Origin: a virus
Lineage: Duplodnaviria; Heunggongvirae; Uroviricota; Caudoviricetes
Reading direction: 5' to 3' (one strand)
Length of the DNA: 64,000 nucleotides
IMG/VR virus record: IMGVR_UViG_3300010367_000056
Coordinates: 1-64,000 of that record
Positions 47,485 through 58,277 of this stretch are shown here, one piece after another; the stretch's first letter is position 1; each line of letters begins with the position of its first letter. The notes under the pieces are model-generated. The model made no database searches and had not been told where the DNA came from. It was given only the letters and a program-made list of their open reading frames with translations. A program made the translations under genes and the position numbers.

Positions 47485-47555
47485 ACATATATAGTTCAAT
47501 GGTAGAATGCTGGTCTCCAAAACCAGAGGTAGAGGTTCGAGTCCTTTTATGTGTG
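47485..47555 (+). tRNA. tRNA-Trp (anticodon CCA)
   Basis: Acceptor ACATATA/TATGTGT. D-arm GTTC-AATGGTA-GAAT. Anticodon arm CTGGT-CTCCAAA-ACCAG. T-arm AGAGG-TTCGAGT-CCTTT. Resembles E. coli tRNA-Trp. Confidence 0.8.
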
Positions 47556-47561
47556 CAAATT

Positions 47562-47636
47562 GGACATATGGCTGAGTGGTCAAAAGCAACGGTCTGCAAA
47601 ACCGTACAATCACTGGTTCAAATCCAGTTGTGTCCT
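47562..47636 (+). tRNA. tRNA-Cys (anticodon GCA)
   Basis: Acceptor GGACATA/TGTGTCC. Anticodon arm ACGGT-CTGCAAA-ACCGT. T-arm ACTGG-TTCAAAT-CCAGT. Confidence 0.75.
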
Positions 47637-47649
47637 CAAAACATAATCA

Positions 47650-48129
47650 ATGTATAAACTCGAAATCAAAGTTCCTATCTATGACTGTACTTGTAAAGTG
47701 ATAATTGACAAGGATATAGATAAAACTATAAATAGATATGCAAAGAAATTAAACTGGGAAAGACATGATTGCAAAGTACATGGATTAGCTTTGAATCCTG
47801 AGAATATGAAAGAATATTATGTTTTTTATTCTCTTGATAGTCTGAATGTTAATATTATTGTACATGAAATTACTCATCTTGTAGATTTTATTTTAGAGGA
47901 TAGAGCGATACAAAATGAAGGAGAAGCTAAAGCATATTTGACAGGGTTTATTTCAGAGAAAGTATTTGATTACATATTAAAGAAACATTTATTTATAAAC
48001 AAATGGTATAAACCAATTGAGAATGAAAAACCAAGTAGATTACTTCGAGAAGGTGATGAGGGTATTGAGAGATCTGAAGAGGGATCACCCGGATGTGGAG
48101 ATCAGCAAACATTACCTATTAGCAACTGA
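47650..48129 (+). CDS. small HExxH metallopeptidase-like protein
   Basis: IVHEITHLVDF (HEITH). Confidence 0.4.
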   Translation: MYKLEIKVPIYDCTCKVIIDKDIDKTINRYAKKLNWERHDCKVHGLALNPENMKEYYVFYSLDSLNVNIIVHEITHLVDFILEDRAIQNEGEAKAYLTGFISEKVFDYILKKHLFINKWYKPIENEKPSRLLREGDEGIERSEEGSPGCGDQQTLPISN

Positions 48130-48310
48130 TAATAGTTCGTATCCTTTGACAGATAAAGAGTTATATTATGCTCTTGGTAAACATAAATCTGAGTTAGATA
48201 TGAATACTCTGTCTACAGAAGACATGGAGAAAGTGATATCAGAAACTGAAGAACTTTTTAAAGAAGTAGAAATTGATGATGAATGGTCTGAAGAAGATCC
48301 AGTATTTTAA
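48017..48310 (+). CDS. hypothetical acidic protein (overlaps previous gene by 113 nt in another frame)
   Basis: ORF. The true start may be internal. Confidence 0.3.
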   Translation: MRMKNQVDYFEKVMRVLRDLKRDHPDVEISKHYLLATDNSSYPLTDKELYYALGKHKSELDMNTLSTEDMEKVISETEELFKEVEIDDEWSEEDPVF

Positions 48311-48325
48311 TAAATATAACTACAT

Positions 48326-48646
48326 ATGGCAGTAAAGAAGAGTATATATGTTGAAGCTGAACTTGAATGGGCTGAACAGCAATTACAGCAGTGGAAAGAA
48401 TATGTTGACTCTAGACCTTTAGCAACTCTTAAAGATAGGGAAGGTCAAAAGACTACTATGAAAGGAGGTATAATTCCTTATACTATTGCTTCAATAGAAC
48501 AACAGGGTAAGTTTATCCAAGATACAATGGAGAAATATCTCAAACTTTTAGTTGAAGTTAATAGAATGCGAACTTTAGAAGAAGAAAAGAAAATTAAAGC
48601 TCGTGGTATTGATAATTTAAGTCCTTTAGAAGATGGCTCAATATAA
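48326..48646 (+). CDS. putative terminase small subunit
   Basis: A 106-aa ORF immediately upstream of TerL, overlapping it by 14 nt. The call rests on position only. Confidence 0.35.
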   Translation: MAVKKSIYVEAELEWAEQQLQQWKEYVDSRPLATLKDREGQKTTMKGGIIPYTIASIEQQGKFIQDTMEKYLKLLVEVNRMRTLEEEKKIKARGIDNLSPLEDGSI

Positions 48647-50747
48647 ACAAGATACTAAGAATATATGGTTTCCTAAACAGAAAGAACCTGTTTTTGATCC
48701 ATTAGATCCTAATGCAGTGTTTCTCTTTAATACTTATTGGAAAGCAGAGAAGGATAGATGTATTAACGGATTTTATTTGGATAAGAAGAAGACAATATAT
48801 GTTTCTGGATGGTTATATTTCCATACAGTATATTGGAAAATTGCTATGTACCAAACTCTATATGAGGGTACTCCACAAGAAAGAACAGTTCGTGAAATAA
48901 AAACTCCCATACTGAGAGATGTTGATTGGATGATAGCTCAGGATTTGAGAAAATGTGAAGTTGAAGGAAAGTTTTATGCTCTTATAGGTGCTCGTGGATT
49001 TGGTAAATCTATTATTGCTGCTAGTAGAGCTGGATGGTTATATACCTTTTTTGATAACTCTCAAAGTGTGATATCGGCAGGTGCGACTGGCTATATTAAG
49101 CTGGTGACAGATAAAATTGAGGATGGATTAACAAATATTCATCCTATATTTATTAAGAATAGATTAATGTCTAACTGGAAACTTGAGATAAAAGCTGGTT
49201 GGAAAGATAAATCTACAAATGCTCCACATCATAAGTCTTCTAATTCTCAAATTCTTATGAGAAATTTTGAAGATGGAAACAACTCAATGGTATGTAATGG
49301 AACCCGTCCTGGGTTTCACTTAATAGATGAAATTGGTACTTTACCTAATTTAATTGGTTGTTATAAAGATAGTGATGGTTGTTGGTGGGCTGGAACTTCA
49401 GGAAATTCTAAACCTTCTTGTCTTACATTTATTACAGGTACAGGTGGTGATATGGAAGTTGGAGCTGAAGCTGCTGAGATGTTCTATCATCCTAGTTCAT
49501 ATAACTTATTAGAGTTTGAAAACACGTGGGAAGGTGGAGCTAAAATAGGAAGGTTTATTGAAGCTGGTATGGGAAATCTTGGATTTTCAAATGAAAAAAC
49601 TCTTAATGAATACTTAAATATTCCTACATCAGAGATAGATCTTTCACATATAAAAATTTTAGTATCTGATCTTGATAGATATAATAAGAATTGGTGGGAA
49701 CCTAAGTATATTGAAGCTAAAAAATCAGGTAACTCTAAAACAGTACTTAAATTTAAAGCATACTGGTGTAAGAAACCTAGTGATTCATTTATAGTACTTA
49801 CAAAGAATGATTTCAATACAGAAGAAGCAAAGAGACAACAAAAGAATATCTTGGATAAAGATCTTAAAGGTATTTCAGTTGATCTTGTTCTGTCTGATAA
49901 TGGCATGGTTACTCATGAATTTAGTGAGAGGTTGTCAGTAACAGAGTTTCCTGTAAAAACACAGAGTAAAGATGCTCCTGTAATTATATATGAATTTCCT
50001 ATGCAGAATCCTCCATTTGGATTATATGTAGCTGGAGTTGACCCTTATAGACACTCAGAATCTGAGTACTCGGACTCTTTAGGAGTTATATACATATATA
50101 AGAGAATGCATGAAATTGGTTCTGAGAAATATCAGGATATGTTCGTAGCTTCATATGCAGCAAGACCTGGAGATATTAAGATATGGAATGAAACTGCTAG
50201 AAGGTTAGTTAAATTTTATAATGCTAGGGTTTTATGTGAGAATGACGAAATGTCATTTATAAATTATATGATTGACAAAGGAGATGGACATTATTTAGAA
50301 GATACTCCAGAATGGCTAAGATTAATAGTTCCTAATACTACACAGTTTAATAGAAAGAAAGGTATTTCCAGAGCAGCTAAGCAAGTAAGAAGTTTCCTAG
50401 ATGGACAACTTAAAGAATACCTAGATCAAAGTATTCATAAGGAATATGATGATAATGGCTCTGTTACAAGAGAGATATTAGGAGTTTCTAAGGTGTTAGA
50501 TTATATGCTATTGGAAGAGATAGTAAGATTTGATAAAGATAAAAACTTTGATAGAGTAATTGCTGCTCAACTTGCAATAGCTTTAGCTAATAAACTTAAT
50601 CCTGTAATAAAAGTACAGTCATTAGATAATGACAATAGAATAGAAGCATATTATAATAGATATAAGAATCAAGAATCCAGAACTAATTCAATGTTTTCTA
50701 GGAATTCTTCATTCTCAACAAGAAAAAGATCAAAATTATTTCTATAA
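48633..50747 (+). CDS. terL: terminase large subunit
   Basis: N-terminal ATPase with Walker A-like LIGARGFGKS. The gene is about 700 aa and directly followed by the portal gene. Confidence 0.75.
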   Translation: MAQYKQDTKNIWFPKQKEPVFDPLDPNAVFLFNTYWKAEKDRCINGFYLDKKKTIYVSGWLYFHTVYWKIAMYQTLYEGTPQERTVREIKTPILRDVDWMIAQDLRKCEVEGKFYALIGARGFGKSIIAASRAGWLYTFFDNSQSVISAGATGYIKLVTDKIEDGLTNIHPIFIKNRLMSNWKLEIKAGWKDKSTNAPHHKSSNSQILMRNFEDGNNSMVCNGTRPGFHLIDEIGTLPNLIGCYKDSDGCWWAGTSGNSKPSCLTFITGTGGDMEVGAEAAEMFYHPSSYNLLEFENTWEGGAKIGRFIEAGMGNLGFSNEKTLNEYLNIPTSEIDLSHIKILVSDLDRYNKNWWEPKYIEAKKSGNSKTVLKFKAYWCKKPSDSFIVLTKNDFNTEEAKRQQKNILDKDLKGISVDLVLSDNGMVTHEFSERLSVTEFPVKTQSKDAPVIIYEFPMQNPPFGLYVAGVDPYRHSESEYSDSLGVIYIYKRMHEIGSEKYQDMFVASYAARPGDIKIWNETARRLVKFYNARVLCENDEMSFINYMIDKGDGHYLEDTPEWLRLIVPNTTQFNRKKGISRAAKQVRSFLDGQLKEYLDQSIHKEYDDNGSVTREILGVSKVLDYMLLEEIVRFDKDKNFDRVIAAQLAIALANKLNPVIKVQSLDNDNRIEAYYNRYKNQESRTNSMFSRNSSFSTRKRSKLFL

Positions 50748-50758
50748 AATAAGTAAAA

Positions 50759-53416
50759 ATGGTAATAACTCATATTGATAGTGCCATAGGTCAATCAGTA
50801 GCAAATGAAGTTTATAATCTTTATCCTGACCAATATGTTCCTGAAAAGGATAAATATAAAGAGAAGTGGATAAAGACTAATAATGATTACTTTGCCAATG
50901 TGGCATATTCTCAATACATGGCTAATTATAAAGAAGTTTCTAAGAACTATAGACTTCTAAAAGGTATTCTAACTAAAGAAGATTTCTATGAGACTGAAGA
51001 AACAGTTTCATTTATGGAGACTCTTTCAAAGAATATGGGTCTTCCTGAACATGTAAAACACTATCCTATTCTCAATCCTCCTATTAATACAATGATGGGA
51101 GAACTCTCAAAGAGACCTGATAATCATAGAGTTAAAGCTTATGATGAAGATAGCAAATCTGAAGAGCTTCAAAATAGAACACAAGTACTTCAAGATTATA
51201 TCTTAGATAAAGCAAGAAGTAAAATCTTAATGAAACTAGCTCAGCAAACTGGAGTTTCTCCAGATGAGTTTTTAGCTTCAGAAGAAGGTCAGCAACAACT
51301 GGATCAGATGACTGAAGAGCAGATAAGTGAGTATATGGTATCTTATACTTCTACTGCTGAGAAGTGGGCCAATATAACTCTTGAAGCTTTAAAGATGGAA
51401 CTTAATATGAAAGAGAAATCCGAGGAAGCTTTTAGAGATCTTTTAATATGTTCAAGACAGTTCTATAATATATATGAGGATAATTCTAAACTTGGATTCT
51501 CAGTTAGAGTTTTAAATCCTAAGAATGTTTGGTATTTGACAACTCCTAATAAGAAATATACTAAAGACTCATATGCAGTTGGTACTATTGATATTATGGA
51601 GTTCTCTGAAATATTAAATACTTTCAATCTTTCAATGGAAGAAATAGATTCTTTGAGAAAAGGTATGGAAGGTTATGAGACTAACTTGGGAAGAGAATCT
51701 AACTTATTTAACTCTGTTAAAGGAGACAAGTCAGTTACGTATGATGTATATGATCCTCTTGTTCAAAGAGAAAGAATGTTAATGGAGTCTCAAGTACAGA
51801 CTGATGATCATAGAAGTGGTACTGAAGCTTTAAATGCTTATTTAGGTTTAGGAAATAATATAGCTACATTTGGATCTAAATTTGTGGTAGTAAGATCTTA
51901 TTGGTTAGGTAAGAAGAAAACTGGTTTACTTACATATAGAGATCCTGAATCTGGACAAGTTCTGAAAGCTTTAGTAGATGAAACTTATAAGAAGATTCCA
52001 GAAGAAATTAGTATTGAATGGGGTTACCAGAACCAATGGTGGGAAGGTATTAAAATAGGTGCAACTGTTTATTTTGCAAGACCTTATACTCTTTTGAACT
52101 ATCCTCCAGTTATAGGTGTGGTTCATGAGAATAAGAATACTGAAGCTAGAAGCTTAGTAGATCTTATGAAACCTTTTCAGGTATTATATAATATATGTAT
52201 GAACCAACTCTTTGGCTTATTTGAGAAAGAGTTAGGTAATGTAGCTAATGTCTCTATTAGAAGAATCCCAAGATTAAAAGATGGAGATGATCAAGATGCT
52301 ATAGATGCTTGGGAATTAATGGCTAAAGAAAGAGGTATTACATTTGATGATGATTCTCCAGAAAATACTAAAGTACCTGTTAGTAATCAATCAGTTGCTA
52401 GAAGTATTGACTTAACTAGGACTAATGAGATTAGCTCAAGATATCAAATTGCAGTAGGTCTAAAGAATGAGTGCTGGGAACTTGTAGGATTTAATAGACA
52501 AAGACTAGGTTCAGTCTTGGCAACAGAGACTGCAACTGGCACAAATACTGCTATGACACAATCTTATGCTCAAACTGAGCCTTATTTCAGCCAGCATGAG
52601 TATTGTTTAAATGAGCTTTATCAAGCTATGTTGGATGCTGCTCAAACTATAGAACAGGAAAAACCAACTTCTACTATCTCGTATGTGAATGATGAAGGTA
52701 CAGAAGCATTTATTCAAGTTAGTGGTTCGGATCTTAAATTAAAAGATCTTAAGGTATTTGTATCTAGTAGATCTGAAGATCAGAGAATCTTTAATGAGCT
52801 TAGACAACTGGCTCAACCTATGTTACAAAATGGTGCTTCTATCTATGATATTGCCGTACTCTATTCTACTAATTCAGTTAGACAGATGAAAGATACTTTC
52901 AAACGTCTTAAAGATAGAATGGATGAATTACAATCTCAGCAACAACAAATTGAACAACAAAAATTACAACAACAACAAGAGCAATTCCAGGCTCAAATGC
53001 AAGCTGAAGATGCTAAGGAACAAAGAGTTATGATCAATGATAACTATCAGAAAGATCTGGATAGAATCAATAAGAAAGAAGTTGCTCTTATCAATTCATT
53101 TAGCAAACAGGATGATAATCTTAAGGATGAATCTGGTAATGGAGTTCCTGACATACTTGAAATTTCAAGACTTTCTATGGATGAAGAACAAGCTAAGAAG
53201 AGCCATATGGTTGATCTTATGAAAGAACAAAATAATAAGAGAAAGAATGATGATCACTTCAAACTTGAAAGTGAAAAGCTTAAACTTGAAAAAGAGAAAC
53301 TTAAACAAGAGAAAGAATTGAAAGAGAAAGAGTTACAAACTGAATTAACAGTTGCTAAATATAGAGATAAAGGGACAAAGAATTCTCCAAAATCTGGAGG
53401 AAAAAAGAAGAAATAA
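50759..53416 (+). CDS. portal protein (large, with C-terminal Q/K/E-rich coiled-coil extension)
   Basis: An 885-aa ORF between TerL and the scaffold/MCP genes. The portal-size core is followed by QQQQIEQQKLQQQQEQFQAQ and K/E repeats. Confidence 0.6.
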   Translation: MVITHIDSAIGQSVANEVYNLYPDQYVPEKDKYKEKWIKTNNDYFANVAYSQYMANYKEVSKNYRLLKGILTKEDFYETEETVSFMETLSKNMGLPEHVKHYPILNPPINTMMGELSKRPDNHRVKAYDEDSKSEELQNRTQVLQDYILDKARSKILMKLAQQTGVSPDEFLASEEGQQQLDQMTEEQISEYMVSYTSTAEKWANITLEALKMELNMKEKSEEAFRDLLICSRQFYNIYEDNSKLGFSVRVLNPKNVWYLTTPNKKYTKDSYAVGTIDIMEFSEILNTFNLSMEEIDSLRKGMEGYETNLGRESNLFNSVKGDKSVTYDVYDPLVQRERMLMESQVQTDDHRSGTEALNAYLGLGNNIATFGSKFVVVRSYWLGKKKTGLLTYRDPESGQVLKALVDETYKKIPEEISIEWGYQNQWWEGIKIGATVYFARPYTLLNYPPVIGVVHENKNTEARSLVDLMKPFQVLYNICMNQLFGLFEKELGNVANVSIRRIPRLKDGDDQDAIDAWELMAKERGITFDDDSPENTKVPVSNQSVARSIDLTRTNEISSRYQIAVGLKNECWELVGFNRQRLGSVLATETATGTNTAMTQSYAQTEPYFSQHEYCLNELYQAMLDAAQTIEQEKPTSTISYVNDEGTEAFIQVSGSDLKLKDLKVFVSSRSEDQRIFNELRQLAQPMLQNGASIYDIAVLYSTNSVRQMKDTFKRLKDRMDELQSQQQQIEQQKLQQQQEQFQAQMQAEDAKEQRVMINDNYQKDLDRINKKEVALINSFSKQDDNLKDESGNGVPDILEISRLSMDEEQAKKSHMVDLMKEQNNKRKNDDHFKLESEKLKLEKEKLKQEKELKEKELQTELTVAKYRDKGTKNSPKSGGKKKK

Positions 53417-53557
53417 GCTATATTATATACCTCTTTAGGCTCTAATATAATGTAATTTCTTTGTTAATTAAAATAGTTAAAATATTTTTACACTGCGTTT
53501 TGGAAGACAAAATGTTGATTCACAAGTTCAAACAAACCAATAAATAAATATTCAGTT

Positions 53558-54832
53558 ATGCCAGATCAAGATAATGTATCATTGGAGAAAATCTCTTTGA
53601 GTGGCTCAGACTTTGCTGATGATCTTGGAAACTTTGGTATTCAAGATACTCAAGTCTTAGCCAATAAGGATCTTAATAAATTCTTGTTAAGCGATCCTGA
53701 TACTGTTAAAGATGTTGATGATGAGGAAGAAGAACAAAAACAACAGACTCAACAAAAGCAACAGCAGAAGCCGCAACAGAAACAACAAGCTTTTGATGAA
53801 GACGAAGATGAGGAAACTCCATTAACTCGTAAGCAGAGTCAGAAAAAAGAAAAAGAGGAAAAACCTAATGGTAAAGATTTCCTTGATAAGTATGTTTTTG
53901 GTGATGGAGATGAAGATACCAGTGAACAAAATGTTGATCCAAAAGATGCTCCTCAAAGTGGAGATGATGACACTTACTCAACTCTTGCTAAAGATTTAAT
54001 GAGATTGGGTGTTTTCTCTAAAAACTCTGATGATGAATCTGAAGAAAACCTAACTATTAAAACTCCAGAAGAATTCCTTGAGAGGTTTTCACTAGAGAAA
54101 AAGAAAGGTGCTATCTCTATTCTTGATAATTTTTTATCACAGTTTGGAGATGATTATAGACAGATGTTTGATTCAGTCTTTGTAAATGGCATGAAACCAC
54201 AAGAATACTTGCAATCATTTGCAAAAATGGAAGCAATTAATTCTTTGGATATTTCTTCAGAAAACAACCAGGAGAGAATTGTAAGAGCTTATTACAAGAA
54301 TCTTAAATGGGATGATAATAAGATAGAAAATAGAATTCAGAAACTCAAAGATTATGGTGATCTGGAGGATGAAGCTAAATCTTATCAAGAAATATTACTG
54401 AATAAAGAGAAAGAACAACTTGCTGAAACAGAGCGTAAAAAACAAGAAGAGCTGTTAGAAGCTAAAAATAAAGAAATTAATACTAAAAAATCTTTACAAA
54501 GAGTATTAGGTGAGAAACTGAAAACTCAAGAATTTGATGGTATTCCTTTAAATGATAAAGAAGCTCAAGCTGCTCTTGAATATATGACAGATAAAAAGTA
54601 TAAGCTTCCTAGTGGAGAATTACTTTCTGAATATGACAAAGATCTTTTAGAATTATCTCGTCCTGAGAATCATGAACTTAAAGTTAAGTTGGCTCTCTTA
54701 CTGAGAAAGAAATTAGATCTTAAAGATGTGAAGAAAACTACAATCTCCAAAGAATCAGGTAAACTGTTCAATCTGTCAACAAAAAATGCTAAAAATAATC
54801 AAAAAGAAAAAGAAGTTAAATCTTTCTTCTAA
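53558..54832 (+). CDS. scaffolding-like acidic coiled-coil protein
   Basis: Highly acidic and Q/E/K-rich with coiled-coil character. Located between the portal and capsid genes. Confidence 0.4.
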   Translation: MPDQDNVSLEKISLSGSDFADDLGNFGIQDTQVLANKDLNKFLLSDPDTVKDVDDEEEEQKQQTQQKQQQKPQQKQQAFDEDEDEETPLTRKQSQKKEKEEKPNGKDFLDKYVFGDGDEDTSEQNVDPKDAPQSGDDDTYSTLAKDLMRLGVFSKNSDDESEENLTIKTPEEFLERFSLEKKKGAISILDNFLSQFGDDYRQMFDSVFVNGMKPQEYLQSFAKMEAINSLDISSENNQERIVRAYYKNLKWDDNKIENRIQKLKDYGDLEDEAKSYQEILLNKEKEQLAETERKKQEELLEAKNKEINTKKSLQRVLGEKLKTQEFDGIPLNDKEAQAALEYMTDKKYKLPSGELLSEYDKDLLELSRPENHELKVKLALLLRKKLDLKDVKKTTISKESGKLFNLSTKNAKNNQKEKEVKSFF

Positions 54833-54860
54833 TATACGTTTAAATTAAAATTAATAAACA

Positions 54861-56411
54861 ATGCCTTTAAACAAAATACCTGGCTTTACTGGTTTTGCTG
54901 CCACTAGGGTATCATCTCTTGATAAGAGGGCTATTGGTAAGTTTACTGACTCTAATCACTTGGAATCCTTACATCTTACTGATCCTGCTGATTATGATAA
55001 GAAAATTATCACTCTCTATACTCAAACGCAGCTTTATTCTAATGATTTCCAGCAAATGTTGGATAAATCCACTCCTTTCTACATTGATAGCAATAGTGAT
55101 GCTTTCAAATGGGATATTAATGTTCCTTATGAATTCCCTAGAGTTGTAGAAATTCCTGAAGAAACAGAGCTGCTTGACAAGCCTGGTATTGATGGACAGG
55201 AATTTACTCTTGTATTTGATAAGAAAGAGTTCTTCTTGAATGATGTTATCACTTCTCAAAAGATGGAATTGTCTACCCCTCTGGTAGTTACTAAAGATCC
55301 AGTTCCTCATAATTCTGCTTGGTTATATACTTTCACTATCCTTTCTGAAAATCCAAAAGTAGATTTCATTCACAAGAAATTCTTTGGTGTTGGTGTTGAG
55401 TTTGAATTCTTATTCAACATGGTAGGTGAGACTACTACTGATTTAACTGGTCTTGGTAGCATGGGTAGTAAAATTACTCTGTTTGAGACTTTAGGTGCTG
55501 GTTTTGGTGCTGAACATTCTATCACAGATTGGGCTGATGCTCGTATGTTGAGAGATGGTAAAGGTCAACCTTTGGATTTGATGGTTTATGGTAATATGCG
55601 CAGAGGTGCTATTCCCGAAACTATGTCTACTGATGTTCGCTGGGAACCTTATGTTGAGTATCTGATGCGTAAAAAAATGTATGACATGAAAACTGCATAC
55701 ATGATTTGGGGTCGTCCTGGTACTTCTAAAGACAGAGGTTCTAAACAAGAAATTAAGAAAGCTTCTAGTGGTATCTATCACAAAATGCTGAACAATGGTA
55801 ATACTGTTTACTACAATCGTGGTGAATTCAATATTCAACTGTTGAGAGATGTGTTTGGTGATCTGTTCTATAGACGCGTAGATATCAAAGACAGACATGT
55901 TAAGATTTATACAAACGAAGCTGGTTTTGAAGTATTTAAAAAAGCTAACAAAGAAGATCTGTTGAACTCTGGTTTAACTGTAATCGCTGATAATAGATTC
56001 ATTCAAGGTTCTGGTCAGAATATGACTGTATCTTATGCTTTTGATAGCTTGATTACTTCTGATACTGGTAGAATTGATCTGGTACATTTACGTCAACTTG
56101 ACTTACCAAATACTAATTTGGAACAAGGTCAAAATAAGAAATCTACTCCTATCTTCATGGTATTTGACGTATCACCTTCTTCTGATGGTGGTTTGCAGAA
56201 TAACATTAGACAGGTTAGAATGAGATCTCGTCCTTCTATGACTTGGGGTTATATTGATGGTGCTATCCATCACTTAGGTTTTGCTAAGTCACAGGGTATG
56301 AGTTCAGTTTCAAAAGATCCCTGGTACACAATTTGGATGAAAGACAGATGTGATGTGTTCATTGAAGACTTAAGCCGTTGTGTCATTATAAAAGAAATTC
56401 CAAGCTTCTAA
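54861..56411 (+). CDS. major capsid protein (candidate)
   Basis: A 516-aa ORF after the scaffold-like gene, followed by a strong intrinsic terminator. Confidence 0.5.
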   Translation: MPLNKIPGFTGFAATRVSSLDKRAIGKFTDSNHLESLHLTDPADYDKKIITLYTQTQLYSNDFQQMLDKSTPFYIDSNSDAFKWDINVPYEFPRVVEIPEETELLDKPGIDGQEFTLVFDKKEFFLNDVITSQKMELSTPLVVTKDPVPHNSAWLYTFTILSENPKVDFIHKKFFGVGVEFEFLFNMVGETTTDLTGLGSMGSKITLFETLGAGFGAEHSITDWADARMLRDGKGQPLDLMVYGNMRRGAIPETMSTDVRWEPYVEYLMRKKMYDMKTAYMIWGRPGTSKDRGSKQEIKKASSGIYHKMLNNGNTVYYNRGEFNIQLLRDVFGDLFYRRVDIKDRHVKIYTNEAGFEVFKKANKEDLLNSGLTVIADNRFIQGSGQNMTVSYAFDSLITSDTGRIDLVHLRQLDLPNTNLEQGQNKKSTPIFMVFDVSPSSDGGLQNNIRQVRMRSRPSMTWGYIDGAIHHLGFAKSQGMSSVSKDPWYTIWMKDRCDVFIEDLSRCVIIKEIPSF

Positions 56412-56430
56412 TTGTTGCTTGAGTTCTTAT

Positions 56431-56480
56431 TCCCCAGGTTCCCTGTGTAAACAAAGCCTGGGGTCTTTTTAGATATAGTT
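56431..56480 (+). terminator. intrinsic terminator after the capsid gene
   Basis: CCCCAGG-ttccctgtgtaaacaaag-CCTGGGG stem followed by TCTTTTT. Confidence 0.6.
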
Positions 56481-56511
56481 CATATAAAATAAACCAATAA
56501 AAAATTACATT

Positions 56512-57477
56512 ATGGGTAGATCCGGTAAAATTAGCTCTATTAAAAAAGAGTATAATCGCAGTAATGGTAGCTTAGAAGCTTCCTTAGCAATGAATGGATA
56601 TTCAAGATTTCCTGGAACAATGGTAAGAATGATTCCATATAAAGAACCTACTACTGGAGCATATAGAACAGGTTTAGATCCTGATGCTTTATATATTAGG
56701 AGATTAAGGGATAGAGATCCTGAAAGTGCTAAAGTTGAGATTGAAAGAGTAACTACACTTAGAAAAGAATTAGAGGATATGACTGGTTTGGATTTAAATC
56801 CTAGATCAGATTTTTACTCTAAAATCTTTGATGATAGGGTGAGTATGAAAGCTCATACAGTAGCTCTAAAAGAAGGTGATAATGTTTTTGATCTTAATAT
56901 AGCAATGGATGCTATTACTTACGCATGGTTGAGAGTACATCCTTTGATAGCTAGTTCATATCAAGCTTATGAAAGAGGTGAGTATCCTTCTAATACACAG
57001 TTTTATGTAAATGATACTAATATTGAAGAAGAATTACAATATAAGAAAAGAACCTTAATCAATAAAGCTATCATAGAACTTGATGCTATGAGTCTTGATA
57101 AGAGAAAGAAAGTTGCTCGATTACTTGGACTACCTGTAACTGATAATAGTAAAGAAATCTTTGTATATAATCTTTTGGATGCTTTCATCAAAGAAACTGA
57201 GATTAAAGCTGGTGATTTTAGAGGATCTAATCCAATTGAACTGTTTAATAAGTTTAATAAAATGGATGAATCTCTGTTAGCAGCTAAAGATCTGGTAGAA
57301 CAAGCTCTCAGACATAGTATCTACAGAATTACTAAAGGTGGAAGAATTACAGAAGGTAAAACTGAAATAGCAAAATCTAAAGAAGAATTGGTAGATTTTA
57401 TCATGGATAAGAAAAACCAAGATGACTTATTTGCTCTTCAGGAAAAACTGAAAATGAAAAAAGCTTTATTAGTATAA
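56512..57477 (+). CDS. virion structural protein (hypothetical)
   Basis: ORF in the structural operon. Confidence 0.4.
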   Translation: MGRSGKISSIKKEYNRSNGSLEASLAMNGYSRFPGTMVRMIPYKEPTTGAYRTGLDPDALYIRRLRDRDPESAKVEIERVTTLRKELEDMTGLDLNPRSDFYSKIFDDRVSMKAHTVALKEGDNVFDLNIAMDAITYAWLRVHPLIASSYQAYERGEYPSNTQFYVNDTNIEEELQYKKRTLINKAIIELDAMSLDKRKKVARLLGLPVTDNSKEIFVYNLLDAFIKETEIKAGDFRGSNPIELFNKFNKMDESLLAAKDLVEQALRHSIYRITKGGRITEGKTEIAKSKEELVDFIMDKKNQDDLFALQEKLKMKKALLV

Positions 57478-57481
57478 TCAT

Positions 57482-58204
57482 ATGATAGATGTAAAAGAAC
57501 TGTTATATGACATTGATTTAAAGTTAAATAAAATCGGTTCTAATGAACATCAGAATATAGAGCTGGAAAATAAAATCATAGCTTTAAATGATGCTCAGAT
57601 AAATCTAGTTAAAACTAAATTCTCTGGAAATAACATATTCAAGATTGGTTTAGACGGATTTCAGAAGAGATATAATGATCTTGAGATTTTAATAGAAAAA
57701 GACAAGTATATTGATCTCAAGAATGATTCAAATCCTCTAAAATCCTACTCAGGTAGTCTTGATCAATTAGATCCTAAATATATGTTAGGAATTCCAGGAA
57801 GTGAGTATATATTAGCAGATAAAGGATCTTGTAAAGATCATGTAATAGAAGTTCTTCAAATAAGACATGGAGATATAAATAAGGTTCTTGGAAATTCAAA
57901 TATGAATCCATCATTTGAATGGCAACAAACTCCAGGAGCAATATCAGGTCATAAATGGCAGGTATATACAGATGGAAGCTTTCTTCCTACGAAATTATAT
58001 CTCTGGTATGTGAGATATCCAATCTTAGTAGATTTTGAAGGATATACTCACTTAGATGGTTCAGCATCACAAGTAATTGATTGTGAGCTACCATATTTCT
58101 TAAAAGAGGAAATTGTAGATATAGCTGTGAGAAATCTGGCTCTATTTACAGAGAATCAAGGTGCTGCTCAAGCTGCGCAATTAAAAATTCAAAATAACGA
58201 ATAA
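57482..58204 (+). CDS. virion structural protein (hypothetical)
   Basis: ORF in the structural operon. Confidence 0.4.
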   Translation: MIDVKELLYDIDLKLNKIGSNEHQNIELENKIIALNDAQINLVKTKFSGNNIFKIGLDGFQKRYNDLEILIEKDKYIDLKNDSNPLKSYSGSLDQLDPKYMLGIPGSEYILADKGSCKDHVIEVLQIRHGDINKVLGNSNMNPSFEWQQTPGAISGHKWQVYTDGSFLPTKLYLWYVRYPILVDFEGYTHLDGSASQVIDCELPYFLKEEIVDIAVRNLALFTENQGAAQAAQLKIQNNE

Positions 58205-58277
58205 TAACAATGGGTATGATGCTGATCCACACTCATTGGTAACCAGAGTCAGCAGTAATATAAAAATTTAATAACGA

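Noticed and set aside
54895-55898. ORFs 54895..55149 (+), 54969..55310 (-) and 55491..55898 (-) within the capsid gene
   Set aside because: They are nested in or antisense to a 516-aa gene whose frame is uninterrupted and which is followed by a strong terminator.
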